This document shows positions 42,100 through 56,229 of a stretch of DNA of 64,000 nucleotides, one piece after another. Below the pieces are notes generated by a model. That model did no database searches, was not told the origin of the DNA, and saw nothing but the letters and a program-made list of their open reading frames with translations. The translations under genes were made by a program, and so were the position numbers. Origin of the DNA: the human T2T-CHM13v2.0 reference genome, Homo sapiens; NCBI RefSeq assembly GCF_009914755.1, contig NC_060926.1. One strand, given 5' to 3'. The first letter of the stretch is position 1. Each line of letters opens with the position of its first letter.

Positions 42100-42400
42100 A
42101 GGGTTACTATGTGGCTGCATAGCAAATGACACCACAACTTTGCAGCTTAAGACAGCCATGGATTGTGCTCCCAGAATCTGTGGGTTGGGAACTGGAAAAG
42201 GCATGGCAAGGATGGCTTGTCCATGCAGTCTGGGGCTACAGCTGGGTAGACCCACAGGCTAGAGCTGGGGGCTGGAATCGTTTGAAGGCTGCTCACTCGC
42301 ACACCTGGCACCTGGGCCAAGGCTGATGACTTCTCCCTGTGGCTTGGCTTCCTTGTAGTATGGCAGCCTCAGGGCAATCGATGCCCACCAAGAAACAAGG
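42100..42400 (-). mobile_element. MLT1-type MaLR LTR fragment
   Basis: 'tgtggctgcatagcaaatgac...gcttaagacagc...aatctgtgggttgggaactgg...ctggaatcgtttgaaggctgctcactc'. Confidence 0.7.
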
Positions 42401-44164
42401 AAGGGGAGTTCGGCCCCTCCCCTGATGCGGGTGTGGTGTGATCACACCATAGAAGAGCACCTGGATTAAATGTATTTGGAAACCTTTGAAAAATGTCATC
42501 TTCCATAGATACCAGCAAAAGGCAGGTCACTTTAGGCTGTGGTAAGGGGTCCATCCCTGAATAGAAAAAGAGAGTTTGCTCCTGGAGTACACATGGGACC
42601 CTTTCATGGTGGAGCCAATCCCTTAGCTAGGTAGCCCCAAACCCACAGGACACACTGCAAGTAGGGTGGGAGGATTCAGGATCGAAGAAGCTCTGCAACT
42701 GACCAGGTTCCAAATGCTTCCACCCCTGTGCAGTAGAGAGAACTAACAATTTTTCAGACCTTGGCTCTAATTCTTTATTCCAGAGTCAGTTTTCCCCTGA
42801 TAAAATGGGGGTTACATTCTCCTGGCCAGAGCAGATTGGAGACCAACATAGTCCAAGCTGATTTGCGGGTTCCCTTAAGCTTGAGGAACATATACACAGG
42901 CCTAACTTTGACTGGATGCCAAATTTTAAAAACATTTTATGCTTTTCAGGATGGTAGTTGTTAATAACATTTTGCTGATGAAATTAGAAGTTTTATGAAT
43001 CAAATTTCCTATGAAATACTAGAGAACTCCATGCCTTAATGGAATCCTATGGCAAAGCTGTCTCTAAAATGAAGAATACTTTGTAAAGTTAAGAATTTCT
43101 CCCATTTCAGCTTTGTTGAAAATGCAGATTTGTGTTGACCTGATTTGGGGGAGTGCAGCAGCTCCCTCCTCAGGCTCCAGGCTCAGATTAAACACCTCGT
43201 TTGCTCACACTGGTCTTTCTCTGTCATCTGGAGCTTTGTCCTCTGTCTTGGGGAGATGAGAGGAAATGGGTCCTAACATCAGCAAGGATTTAAATCAGAA
43301 GTGGACAGAGCCTGGGTTATGTGGGTCTCCAAGAAAAATAAAGACAGCTGGACCAAGCACCAACTGGGAGACTGTAAGGATGAAACTGGAGCAGTGCTGC
43401 CTCTGGGACCCCTTCATGCTGTGAATAGAAAGGGCTGCTCACGGTTTGGCTGCTGCCTCCCTGAAAGGGCTGTCTCTGGGCCTGTTTCCTCTCCTTGCCA
43501 AGTTGCCCCTGATGCCCATTGCACAGCTCTTGCCCTGATCCCGACAGCACCCCACTCACCTCTGCTCCCTTGGCAATGACCAGAGTTCTGCAACAGCTTG
43601 TGGCATAACTCCCTTCCTCACTGGCCTTGGGAAACTCCATGAACTTGGCCCCAGGGCTAGGGTCAGGCAGGAAGTGTGACCCAGATGACCTCATGCTGGG
43701 TTCTTGCCCTGCTGTTCATCCTTCAGCAGCTAGTGACTCACCTCAGGGGGGACAGGCCAAGGCCATTTGAAAACGGAAAGCCTTTGGGCCTCTTCCCTTC
43801 CAAGGGCTCCAAGAACAGGCCTTTGGCAGTTTTTAATCTGCTCTTCCCAAGGACCCAGAATGAAAGGCTAGATGTTTCCAACCAGGGTTTTTGTTCCCTA
43901 GGAGCAGGCAAAGCATCGTGTTTTCCCCATCTGACTTCTTGGAGCCAGGAGCTGAGAAGCCCAGGCCCAGCCTGACTGTGTGGTGGTGACTATGTTCCTT
44001 GCCCTCTCTGGGGCCTATCTCTGCACTGCTAAGCTCCAAGCCCTCTGCTCTCAGTCCGTCCCTGCCCTCCTCTCCAGCCAGACATATCAGTCTGCCCCCA
44101 CACTTCCCCAGATCCTCATGCATCTTAGCCTCAGGAAGCTTTAGCTGCATTTGGAAGAGTTCTG

Positions 44165-44715
44165 TGGCAAAGCATTTCTTGTTCCCTGAATATTCATGTG
44201 CCCCCTTATACTTTCCAGCCCCCTTGCAGTTAGGTGGGGCCTGGTGACAAGTTCTGACCAGTGATTACCTCTTGGCTAGAAAAGCAAACAAGAGTTCTCC
44301 TCACCCTGTCCTCTCCTGACACCTGGGAAGTGCACAAGGAGACCTCATATTACAGATCTGCACTTTACAATGTGGTGGCAACCAGCTGCATGTGACAATT
44401 TAAATAAATTAGTATGAAATAAAATGTAAAATTCCATTCCTTAATCATACTAGCCATATTTCAATTCCTCCATAGCCACACGTGGCTAGTAGCTACCATA
44501 GTGCACAATGTAGCTAGTAGCTACATAGTGAAAGTCCTATCAGACAGCATTGCTCCAGATGGTGACACTGCAAGATGTCAGGTTGCCACCAGCCTGGGTC
44601 CCCAAGGAGCAGAGCCTTCTGCCCACCCACAGTGTCCATGCAGCATGAAGGAGAAAGAAACTTGCATTCATAGTGGAGTTGTTGCTTCTGCAGAGCCCAG
44701 CCTATCCTGACTGGG
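44165..44715 (+). mobile_element. Old MLT1 LTR with nested MER3 (~44358-44553)
   Basis: MLT1 'ctttccagcccccttgcagttaggtggggcctggtgacaagttctgacca' through 'cagcctatcctgact'; MER3 'ctagccatatttcaa...cacgtggctagtagctacc'. Confidence 0.7.
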
Positions 44716-45394
44716 AGAGCCTACCTGCATGAAATAAACAGGGAGCAGCAAAAGCAGGCTGAAGAGGACCAAGTTCTAGCTTGCTGGGCAAATGCCATAG
44801 GCAATCCAAACAATCCATGTAACACCGAGTCAACACCTTGCTGGCTTTGTTGAGGGAGCTGGCTGAAGTAAAATCAGGGGAGAGCTCCTAGAGATGAAAT
44901 AGGAATGGGCTGTGGAAAATGGGCAGGGTTCGCATAGGCTTGTGGTTTTCAACCTACAAGAATTTTTGGCGGCCCACCTGGGAAAGCTGAGATAGGTCAA
45001 GGAGAAGGGCAGGCATTCCAGTGGGAACACCAGGAGGGTAAAACACATGAGCAAAAGAGTTGGTGAGAATATGAAGGGACTGGACCATATAATTTTCCTT
45101 GGGGTATAAGGGGATCTTAAGGAAGCTTTGGAGCTAAGTCAGATGGAAATTGAGAGGTGAGCTTCCCTTTATGTTTCTATCCAGAGTTGGCCAAAAATAA
45201 GGAGTAGAAAGCGTAGAGAAGGAAGGATGAGCTAATATTGTCATTAGTGATAGTCAAGGGTGGGGCTGACCTCAGGAATGACAGGCCTGAATTCAATAAC
45301 TGGGGTTGCAGAGTTCGACTGGAAATTCACAGAGGCAGCATTCTGCTTAGGAATGATCGGTTAATTGGTGATTAATTCATATCAGAAGCTAGTT

Positions 45395-46030
45395 AACCCA
45401 GAGATCCTCCTTCCAAGTTGTAGGCTCAACTTTCCAATCCTCCACTTGGCTTCCCCAGCTGAGTGTCCTCTCAACACCTCAGCCTCTGCCTGGCCAACAT
45501 GCCACCCTCCCCCCCAACCTGGCAGCAAATGTCATGGCAATCCAAGCACATGGCTGTGGCCTTAGTATCCTCTGGTAGTCACCCAACCACACAGATACAC
45601 TCAACAAGTCCCACTGGGGCCTCTTCCAGCAATGCCCAGCATCTTTTCCTGCCCTACCTTCTCTGGCACCCCTATATCATAACTGACTGTTTTTCTCCCG
45701 GAACACAGCAGCTTCTGAACTGCAAGGCCCTGCCTCCTAACTTCACTCCTTCCAACCTATCCTGCATTCCAAACAAGAGGATGTTTGCCTGGGTCACGCC
45801 TCTGTGCAAAAGCCTTCAGGGGATCTCCGAAGAAATCTAACCTCGTCAGCTTGGCATTCAAAACTTTCTACTTGCTGGTTCAACCTGATTTCTTACTACT
45901 CCTTCACACACACACACAAAATCCTCACTCCTGCCGTACAGATCTCCTCATTGCTGCCTCTGTCCCTCACTCCTATCATACCCCTCATGTCCCTGGAAGC
46001 CCTCCCTGATGGTTCTCTTTTCCTGTCACC
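45395..46030 (+). mobile_element. L2
   Basis: Degenerate L2 3' region, e.g. 'aaatctaacctcgtcagcttggcattcaaaac'. Confidence 0.55.
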
Positions 46031-46094
46031 TTTCTCCTACTGTTACTGTGAAGTTCAAAGGGGCAAACAAAGGTCTGAAGGCTGGGGCCACCTT

Positions 46095-46235
46095 CTCCAC
46101 TTGCTGCCTGTCTGGCCTTAGGGAAGTCACAACCTCTCTGAACCACAGACTCCTCATCTCCTAAGTGAAAATAGTATGAACTTCACAGAGTAGCCAAAGT
46201 CTGGAAAATCGCTTTGTCAACCTTGAAGCAATACA
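46095..46235 (-). mobile_element. MIR
   Basis: 'ggccttagggaagtcacaacctctctgaaccacagactcctcatctc'. Confidence 0.65.
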
Positions 46236-46270
46236 CAGATGGCAGGGATTGTGTTTCACTTCTGATGCTT

Positions 46271-48578
46271 TTTTTTAAAGACTTAATTTTATAAGAGCAG
46301 TTTTAGCTTCACTCACAATTGGGTATAGGAATTTCCCATGTACCCCCTTCCCCTACAAATGCATAGCCTTCCTCATTATCAACATCCCCCAACAGAGCGG
46401 TACATTTGTTACAACTCATGAACCTACATTGACACATCATTATCACCCACAGTCCATAGTTCACATTAGGGTTCACGCTTGGTGTTGTACGTTCTATGGG
46501 TTGGGATAAATGTACAATGACATGTATCCACCATTATAGTATCATACAGAGTAGTTTCACTGCCCTAAAAATCCTCCATGCTACACCTGTTCATCATCTC
46601 TCTCTCTCTATCCCCTGCCAACCACTGACCTTTTTACTGCTTTCATAGATTTCCATTTTCCAGAATGTTATATAGTTGGAATCATAGAGTATGTGGCCTT
46701 TCTGGATTGGCTTCTTTCACTTAGTAATAGGCATTTAAGGTTTCTTCAGGTTTTTTTCATGACTTGATAGCTAAATCCCTTTTACTGCTATATAATGTTC
46801 CATTGTCTGGATGTGCCACAGTTTATTTATTTATTCACTTACCTAGAACATCTTTGTTGCTTCCAGGCTTCAGCAATTATGAATAATTGCTAGATCATAT
46901 GGTAAGAGTGTATTTAGTTCTATAAGAAACTGCCAAATGCCTTCCAAAGTGGCTGTCCTATTTTTCATTCCCATCAGCAATGAATGAGAGTTCCTGTTGC
47001 TCTACATCCTCTCCAGTATTTGGTATTGTCAGTGTTTCAGATTTTGGCCGTTCTAAGAGGTGTGCAGTGGGATATCATTGTTGTTTTAATTTGTATTTCT
47101 CTAATAGCATATGATGTGGAGCATCTTTTTATATGCTTATTTACCATCTGTTCATCTTCTTTCATGAGGTTTCTGTTAAAGATCTTTAGTCTATTTTTTA
47201 ATTGGGTGGTTTGTTTTCTTATTGTTGATTTTTAATAGTTCTTTGCATATTTTGGGTAAGAGTATGTCATCAGATGTGTCTTTTGCAAATTTTTTTATTC
47301 TGTGTCTTGTCTTCTCATTTCCTTGACATTTTCTTTCATACAGCAGAAATATCTAATTTCAATAAAGTGCAGCTTATCAATTATTTCTTTAAGGTTCATA
47401 CCTTTGGTGTTGTACCTAAAAATTCATCACCATACCCAAGGTTATGTAGGTTTTCTCCTATGCTATCTTCTAGGAGTATTTTAGTTTTGCATTTTACTTT
47501 TAGGTCTAAGGTTCATTTTTAGTTTATTTTTGTGAAAGCTGTAGGCTCTGTGTCTAGATTCATTTTTTTGTATATGGATGTCCAGTTGTTCCAGAACCAC
47601 TTGCTAAAAAGACTATCTTTGTTCCATTGTATTGCCTTTGCTCCTTTGTCAAAGATCAGTTGACTCTATTTATGGGGATCTGTTTCTGGGCTCTCCATTC
47701 TGTTCCATTGATCTATTTTCCTTCTTCACCAGTAACACACTCTAGATCACTACAGCTTTATAGTAAGTCTTGAAGTTGGATAGCATCAGTTCCCCAATTT
47801 TGTTCTTCTTCAATATTATGCTGGTTATTCTGGATCTTTTACCTTTCCATATCTTCAGAATCAGTTTGTCAATACCCACAAAATAACTTACTAGAATTTT
47901 GATTGGGACTGCTTTGAATATATAGATCAAGTTGGGAATAACTGACATCTGGACAATATTGAGTCTTTTTGTTCATGAACATGGAATGCCTCTCCATTTA
48001 TTTAGTTCTTTGGTTTCTGTTTTCAGAGTTTTATAGTTTTCCTCATATAGATCTTTTCCATAGGTTTTTATATTTATACCTATTTTTTGATGATAATATA
48101 AATGGTGTTATAGTTTTGATTTAAAATGCCATTTGTTCATTGCTGGTATATAGAAAAGTGACTAACTTCTGTATATTAATTTTATATCCTGAAACCTTGC
48201 TATAATTGCTAATTAGTTCCATGAAGGGTTTTTTGTCAATTCTGTTAGATTTTTTACATAGGCAATTAGGTACTCTTTGAACAAAAAACAGCTCTATTTG
48301 TTCCTTCCCAATCTGTATGCTTTTTATTTTCTTTTCTTGTGTTAGTGCATTTGCTAGGACTTCCAGTACAGTGTTGGAAAGGAATGATGAAAGGGGACAG
48401 CCTTGCCTTGTTCTTGATCTTAGTGGGAAAGCTTCTAGTTTCTCATCATTAAATATGATGTTAGCAAAAGGGTTTTTTGTGGATACTCTCTATCAAGATA
48501 AGGAAGTTCCCCTCTATTTTTAGTTTACTGAAAATTTTTATCATAAATGGATGTTGAATTTTTATCAAATAATTTTTG
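46271..48578 (-). mobile_element. L1MC1-like, 3' UTR and ORF2 3' half
   Basis: L1MC1-type 3' end 'gtacatttgttacaactcatgaacctacattgacacatcattatcaccc'; ORF2 remnant 47742..47948 '...ELMLSNFKTYYKAVVI'. Confidence 0.9.
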
Positions 48579-48790
<212 letters not shown>

Positions 48791-51700
48791 TGGAATTATA
48801 CCAACCATAATCTCAGACCACAGTGGAGTAAATATAGAAATCAATACAAAGAAGGTATCTCAAAGCCACACTGTTACATGGAAATTAAACATTTTGTTCC
48901 TAAATGACTTTTGAATAGACAACAAAATTAGGGCAGAAATTAAAAAAAATTATGTGAGGCAAATGAAAACAGAGACACAGCATAGCAAAATCTAAGCAAA
49001 ATCCCAAGCAAGGATGCAGCAAGAGCAGCCTTAAGAGGAAAATTTATAGCACTAAAAGCCTACCTCAAAAAGTTAGAGGGATCTCAAATTAATGATCTAA
49101 CATCATACCTAGAGGAACTAGAAATACAAAAAACAAGGAACTAGAAATACAAGAACAAATTAACTGCAAAGCTAGCAGCAGAAAAGAAATAACTAAAACT
49201 AGAGCAGAACTGACTGACATTGAGACCTAAAACTCTGTATAAAGAATCAATGAAACCAAAAGTTGGTTGTGTGAAAGGATAAACAAGATTGATATACCAC
49301 TAGCTAGGTTAACAAAGAAAAAAAGAGGGAAGATCCAAATTAATGCAATCAGAAATAAAGAAGGTGACATTAAAACCAATCCCACAGAAATATAAAAGAT
49401 CCTCAGAAACTATCAGGACACCTCTATGCATGCAAACTAGAAAATCTAGAGAAAATGGATAAATTCATGTAAACACACAATCTCCCAAGATTGAGTCAGG
49501 AAGAAATAGAAAACATCAACAGATCAGTATTGAGTTCTGAAACTGAATCAGTAATAAAAAACCTAGAAACCAAAAAAAAAAAAAAAAGCCTGGACCAGAT
49601 GGATGTATAGCCAATTTTGACTAGACATACAAAGAATAGCTGGTACCAATTCTACAGAAACTATTTCAAAAAAATCAAGGAGGAAGGACTCCTTCTGAAC
49701 TCATTCTGTGAAGCCAGCATTACTCTGATACCAAAATCTGGCAAAGACACAACAACAACAAAAGAAAATTATAGGCCAATATCCCTGATCAACATAGACA
49801 CAAAAAATCTTCAACAACATACTAGCAAATCAAATCCAACAGCATATCAAAAAGTTAGTTCACCAAGATCAAATAGGCCTTCATTCCTGGAATGCAAGTT
49901 TGGTTCAACATACACAAATCAATAAATGTGATTCACCACATAAACAGAATTAAAAACAAAAACTTATGATCATCTCAATAGACATGGAATAAGGTTTTGA
50001 TAAAATCCAATATCCCCTCAGAATAAAAACTCTCAAGAAACTAGGCATTGAAGTAACATACCTCAAAATAATGAGTCATCTAAGACAATCCTACAGCCAG
50101 CATCACACTGAATGGACAAAAACTGGAAGTATTCTCTTGGAGAACTGGAAAAAGACAAGAATGCCAACTCTCACCACTCCTATTCAACATGGACTGGAAA
50201 TGCTATCCAGAGCAATCAGGCAAGATAAAACAATAAAAAGAAAAAGCCAAACTTTCTCTCTTCACAGATGTTAAGATTCTATACCTACAAAACCCTAAAG
50301 ACTCTGCCAAAAGGCTCCTGGACCTGAAAAATGACTTCTGTAAAGTTTCAGGATACAAAATCAATGTATAAATATCATTAGCATTTTTATACATCAATAA
50401 TGTTCAAGCTTGGAGCCAAATCAAGAACTCAATCCCATTTACAATAGCCGTATAAAAAATAAAATAGCTAGGAACACATCTAACTAAGGAGGTGAAAGAT
50501 CTCCACAAGGAGAACTAAAAAACACTGCTAAAAGAAATCATAAATGACACAAACGGAAAAACATTCCATGCTCATGGATTAGAAGAACCAATGTTGTTAA
50601 AATGACCGCACTGCCCCAAGCACTTTACAGATTCAATATTATTTCTATCAAACTACTGTTATTTTTCACAGAATTAGAAAAAACTTCCAAAACTGACATG
50701 AAGCCAAAAAAGAGCCCAATAGCCAAAGCAATCCTAAGCCAAAGCAATCCTAATCCAAAGCCAGAGGTATCACATTACTTGACTTCAAACTATACTATAA
50801 GTTTACAGTAACCAAAACAGCATGGTACTGGTACAAAAACAGATACATAGACCAATGGAATGGGATAGACAGCCCAGAAATAAAGCTGCACATCTACAGC
50901 CATCTAATCTTCAACAAAGTTGACAAAAATAAGCAATGAAGAAAGAACTCACTATTCAATAAATGGTGCTGGGATTACTGGCTAGCCATATGCAGAAGAA
51001 TGAAAGTGGACCCCTTACCTTTCACCACACACAAAACTTAACTCAAGGTGGATTAGAGATTTAAATGTAAGGCCTCAAACTATAAGAATTCTAGAAGAAA
51101 ACCTAGGAAACACCATTCTGGACATTGGCCTTGCGAAACAACTTATTACTAAGTCCTCAAAAGCAATTGCAAACAAACAAAAATTGACAAGCAGGACCTA
51201 ATTAAATTGAAGAGCTTCTGCACAGCAAAAGAAACCATCAATAGAGTAAACAGACAACCTACAGAACAGGAGAAAATATTTGCAAACTATGCATCCAACA
51301 TAGGTCTAATATCCAGAATCTATAAGGAGCTTAAACAATCAAAAGATGCAAAAAACAAACAACCCTATTTAGAAATGGGCAAAGGGCATGAACAGGCACT
51401 TCTCAAAAGAAGACATACAAGCAGCCAACAAACATGCGAAAATGCTCAACATCACTGATCATCAGATAAATGCAAATCAAAACCACAGTGAAATACCATC
51501 TCACACCAGTCAGAAAGGCTGTTACTAAAAAGTCAAAAGACAACAGATACTGGCAAGGCTGCTAGGAAAAGAGAACACTTATACAATGTTGCTTGGAATG
51601 TAAATTAGTTCAGCCACTGTGGAAAGCAGTTTCAAGATTACCCAAATAACTTAAAATAGAAGGACCCAGCAATTCGATTACTGGATATATATCCTAAAAG

Positions 51701-52222
51701 AAAACAAATCACTGTACCAAAAAGACACATGAACTTACATGTTCATCACAGCACTATTAACAGTAGTAAAAACACGGAATCAATCTAAGTACCCATCAAT
51801 GGTGGACTAGATAAAGAAAATGTGGTACACATACACCCTGGAATACTATGCAGCCATAAAAAAAGAATGAAACCATGTCTTTTGCAGCAACATAGATGCA
51901 GCTAGAGTCCATTATCCTAAGTAAATTAACACAGGAACAGAAAACCAACTACCATATGTTCTTACTTATAAGTGGGAGCTAAACACTGGATACTCATAGA
52001 CAAAAAGAAAGCAACAGAAACTGGGAACTAGTAGAGGGGTAAGAAGGGAGGGGGTCAAGGGTTGAAAAACTATTGGGTACTATGCTCAGTACCAGGATGA
52101 TGGGATTATTTGTACCCCAAATCTCAGCATCACACAATATACCCAAGTAATAAGCATGTGCATGTACTCCCTGAATCTAAAATAAAAGTTGAAAATAAAA
52201 AATAAGAAAATATGAAACAAAT
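48791..52222 (+). mobile_element. L1PA15-17/L1PREC2-type, ORF2 and 3' UTR, decayed
   Basis: ORF2 remnants 49617..49925 ([20 protein letters not shown]...[12 protein letters not shown]) and 51207..51458; 3' UTR 'ctcagcatcacacaatatacc...ctgaatctaaaataaaagttg'. Confidence 0.9.
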
Positions 52223-52224
52223 AA

Positions 52225-54050
52225 GTAAATTTCCCTCTAAGCATTTCTTTTGCTGCATCCCAACAATTTTGATAAGTTGTATTTTCATTTTCATTTAGTT
52301 TAAAATATTTTTAAATTTTTCTTGTTATTTCTTCTATGACTGATGTGTTATTCAGAAATGTGTTGTTTACTCTCCATGTTTGTTGAGATTCCCCAGTTAT
52401 CTTTCTGCTATTCATCTGTAGTTTAACTCCACTGTGATCTGAGAGCAAATATTGTGTAATTTCTGTTCTTTTAAATTTGGTAATGTGTGTTTTATGGCCT
52501 AGAATGTTACACATGAGCTTGAAAAGAATGTATATTCTCTTGTTGTCAATCAATAGACATCAATTATGTCCAGGTGACTGATGGTATTGTTGAGTTCAAC
52601 TATGTCCTTACTGATGTTCTCCCTGCTGGATCTGTGCATTTCTAACAGAAGGGTGTTTAAGTCTCCAACTATAATAGTGAATTTATCTACTTCTCCTTGC
52701 AGTTCTGTCAGTTTTTGCCTTGTAATCCTCTGTTATTAAATGGATACGTGTTAAATATTATTATGCCTTCTTGGAGAGTTGACCCCTCTATCTTTATGTT
52801 ATACCTTTTTTCCCTGATAATTTTTCTTGCTTTGAAATCTCCTCTGCCTGAAATTGATATAGCTGTTTCTGTTTTCTATTAGTGTTAGTATGGTATATTT
52901 TCTCCATCTATTTACTTTTAATCCATATGTGTATTCATATTTCAGGTAGGTTTCTGTAGGGAACATATAGTTGTGTCTTGTTTTTTGGTCTGCCCTGACA
53001 ATGTCTGTCTTTTAATTGGTACATTTAGACCATTGACATTCAAATTAATTATTGATATAATTGAATTAATATCTACCATATTTATTGCTATTTTCTATTT
53101 GATGCACTTGTTCTTTGTTCCTATCTTTGTCTTCCACTCATTTTCTGTCTTTTCTAGTTTTAATTGAGCATTTTATATTATTCTATTTTCTTTCCTGTCT
53201 TAGCATATCAGTTATATTTCTTTTTTAAAACTATTTTTAGTGGTTACCCTAGAGTTCGAAATACACATTTACAACTGTCTTAGTTGGTTTGTGCTGCTAT
53301 AACAAAATACCTTACGCTGGGTAACTTATAAACAACAGAAATTTACTGCTCATAGTTCTGAAAGCTGAGAAGTCCAAGATCAAGGTACCATTATGATTAG
53401 GTCTTAGTCTTTCAGTAAGGCTATGCTTCACAAGTGCTTCTCAGTCTCCAACCTTCTTAGGTGGGACAGGATGACTAGAGTGAACTGGAGTTGCATATTT
53501 TCCTTCCCCAGGTCAGTTAGGCTCTGATAAAACCTTAGCAGGTTAGGCTCTCATTAAATAGTTTCTCCTGAGGGCAGGCCTTGTTAAGAAGAACAGAATG
53601 CTCTGATGTATTTCAAAATGGTTCCTTTTCCTCCTCCCCATGGCAGAAGCATGAGGGATTTTTTTTTTCCCCTAACATTTACTGTGACAATCTGGTTAAG
53701 CTCCTGGAGGTAAAACTCACAGAAGTGTGGGAACCCCCATATAACTGAGTCCCCTGGGAGTTTTAAACTGTGAACCTCAAACAATTCATCAATTACAGTG
53801 CAGGTTTTCCTACCCTGGCCCTGGTTCCCTTGGAGGCTTCTGTTCCCAGGTCTCTTCCATAAGCTGTGACTTCCTGTATTTGCCTGTCTGTCTCTTTGAT
53901 CTGGGGGGCAGTGGCTGCTCTGTGTCCTCATCTCTCTTAGGGATCCAAGAATAGTTGTTGATTTTTCAGTCTGTTCAGGCTTTTGCTTTTTGTTAGGATA
54001 GAATGGCGACTTCCAAGCTCCTTACATGTGGATTTGGAAGCTGAAAGTTC
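52225..54050 (-). mobile_element. Continuation of the L1MC (EN region, then 5' region)
   Basis: ORF 52311..52553 (LGHKTHITKFKRTEITQYLLSDHSGVKL) resembles the L1 endonuclease C-terminus; L1M 5'-type sequence at 53390-54050. Confidence 0.8.
53276..53390 (-). mobile_element. Truncated MaLR LTR end (MST/MLT1A-like)
   Basis: 'tgtcttagttggtttgtgctgctataacaaaatacc...gagaagtccaagatcaaggt'. Confidence 0.85.
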
Positions 54051-54449
54051 TGATCCTCTTTTTATACACACATCTTGCCTACTTTTTTCTCTCCTATAGC
54101 ATCTAGGTCACAGCAAGGACTCACTAAAGATGGCAGGTGGGAGGCATTTGAGGCCTCTGGGGTAAAGCTTTTTTGGCATCTAGAATGCTCTGTGGGAGCT
54201 GAAGAGCTCACTTCTCCCTCCCACTTCAGTATGCACATTCCTAAAATGAAAGGGTTGGACTAGGAGGCCTTGGGGAGGGTGGCCCCAACGCTGCACGAGA
54301 TGTCCTCCTGCAGGCAGTGTCAGGATTCAGCAATGGGGTCCTTCAGGGAAGGCTGAGAGCCCAGAGCAGGGAGAAGCCAGGGGTTCCTCTCTGTTCTATC
54401 TGTTCTCTGAGAAGGATTTCTAGGTGGACAGAAATTGAGTGAAAGGGGG

Positions 54450-55095
54450 ATCAAAAGTGAGGGGCATTTAACTGCGTTTCTATTTTCTGATTACCAGTGC
54501 CACTTGATCATTGCCAGGAGGGAATTTTACACCCAAACCTCTGCCAGCTGCAGAATCACAGCCAAGGACTTCCTATTTTATACCCTGAATACCAGCAGGC
54601 CCTGTGTGACCTGGCCCTGGCCAATCTCCCTAACCTCATCCCTGCCCCTGCCCACCAACCCTGCCTCTGCTCTCTGTGTGCAGCTATCCTGGTCTTCTGC
54701 TTCCTACCGGCCTCACTCCCTGCTCCCGAGAGCTCTTCCATGTGCTGTTCCCCATGCCTGAAGTCCTACTTTCCCCTGGTTAATGCCCACCCACCCTCCA
54801 GGCCCCAGCTCACAGGTGGTGTCCCCAGGACCCCAACCACCACTACAGCACCCCATAGATGTTGGTCCCTCTTATATGCTGCCACGGCTCACTGTGCGGT
54901 CTCCCACGGTTCTCTCATGGTTCATAAGCACACACTGACATGCTTATTTGCTTCATGTCTGTCTCCCCTATCAGAATGTGAGCTCTAATGAGGACAGGGA
55001 CCAGGCCTACTGCACTTACCATTTCATCTCCAGCAATGAGTCTGGCATATAGTAGGTGTTCAATAAAGATTTCAGGAATAGACGAATAAGTGAAT
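54450..55095 (+). mobile_element. L2 with 3' end
   Basis: 'cagaatgtgagctctaatgaggacagggacc...ggcatatagtaggtgttcaataaa'. Confidence 0.8.
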
Positions 55096-56229
55096 GGGAA
55101 AGATGGGATAATTTTTTTAATCACGCAGAAGATCTTCAGCACCATGTAGGCTGACCACCCTCCAGGCCCCCACCCTACCCCTTGCCATCCTCTGCCCACA
55201 CCCTGCTCATCCTCACTAGACACAGGAGAAAGGGCCGCTCCACATGGCTTCAGCTGGCCCAGACCTCACACCAAGGCTGGCTGGGCCTGGGTTTGTAGAG
55301 GATAAACAGTCCTAATCCAGACAAGCCTTGCTTTGCCCAAGAACTGGGCTTAGACACAGAATTCCGTGAATCTGATTTCCCCAGACCCCACACTCCTCCT
55401 CCCTGAGCTGCTGCCTCTACTCCCCTGGTGGGGCCTCTGGACGGGAGCCAGGACTCTGCCACCCTCAGGGTCTTTTGCCTCCCACAGTTCTCTGGCCCCC
55501 CAGCTCATAATCTCCCCTCAGCGATGTAAAAATATGTTTCAAGGCACTAACTAGGGAGGTCATTACTTCAAAGACCCTCTTGGCAAATTCTTTTATTGGC
55601 CCCAGTTTAAAAAGCCAGAATCTTCTTATAATGGGGCTTCTTAAAGCAGGGCCCACCTGTGAAAATACTGCCCTCTTTAGGGATTGAGCCGGGCAGGGAA
55701 GGGCAGGCACCAGGCCCCTTTGCTTCTCCCGGAGGAAGGGTGAGGAGGAGGTTCAGAAGAGCTTAAGAAATGGTCTTTTCCTAAAAAGAGGGAAACTCCT
55801 CCTGGCCGAAAACTCCAGATGGGAATTAACACTTTCAGAACCTAGCTGAAGCAACCAGCCAAGTTCTGGCCCCGGGCAGCAGTCCTGACAACTCCTCAGT
55901 AGGAATTCTGTGTACTAATGGGATCTTGGTCCAGCCAAAAACTCCCAGCCCTCTGAGCAGAGAGCCTTGCCTCCCACCACCCAGTGAGGGGGGACCTGGT
56001 GGAGTGTAAGATCCTGGATCTTCTGCCCCCAGATGTACAAGGCTCCTTATGCCTGGCCCATGTGGCCTCAGTCCCTCCCCTCGGGTTGACATCGGGGTAG
56101 TTGTGCTGTCTGCTATAAGCCTCTGCCCTCCCTCTGGGTTTCATCCCCAACGAGGGTCACACAGGCATCTCCTCCTGCCTTCTCAGGGACATCCCTCTTG
56201 TGGTTAGCACTCCTGTCCCCGTTATTCAG

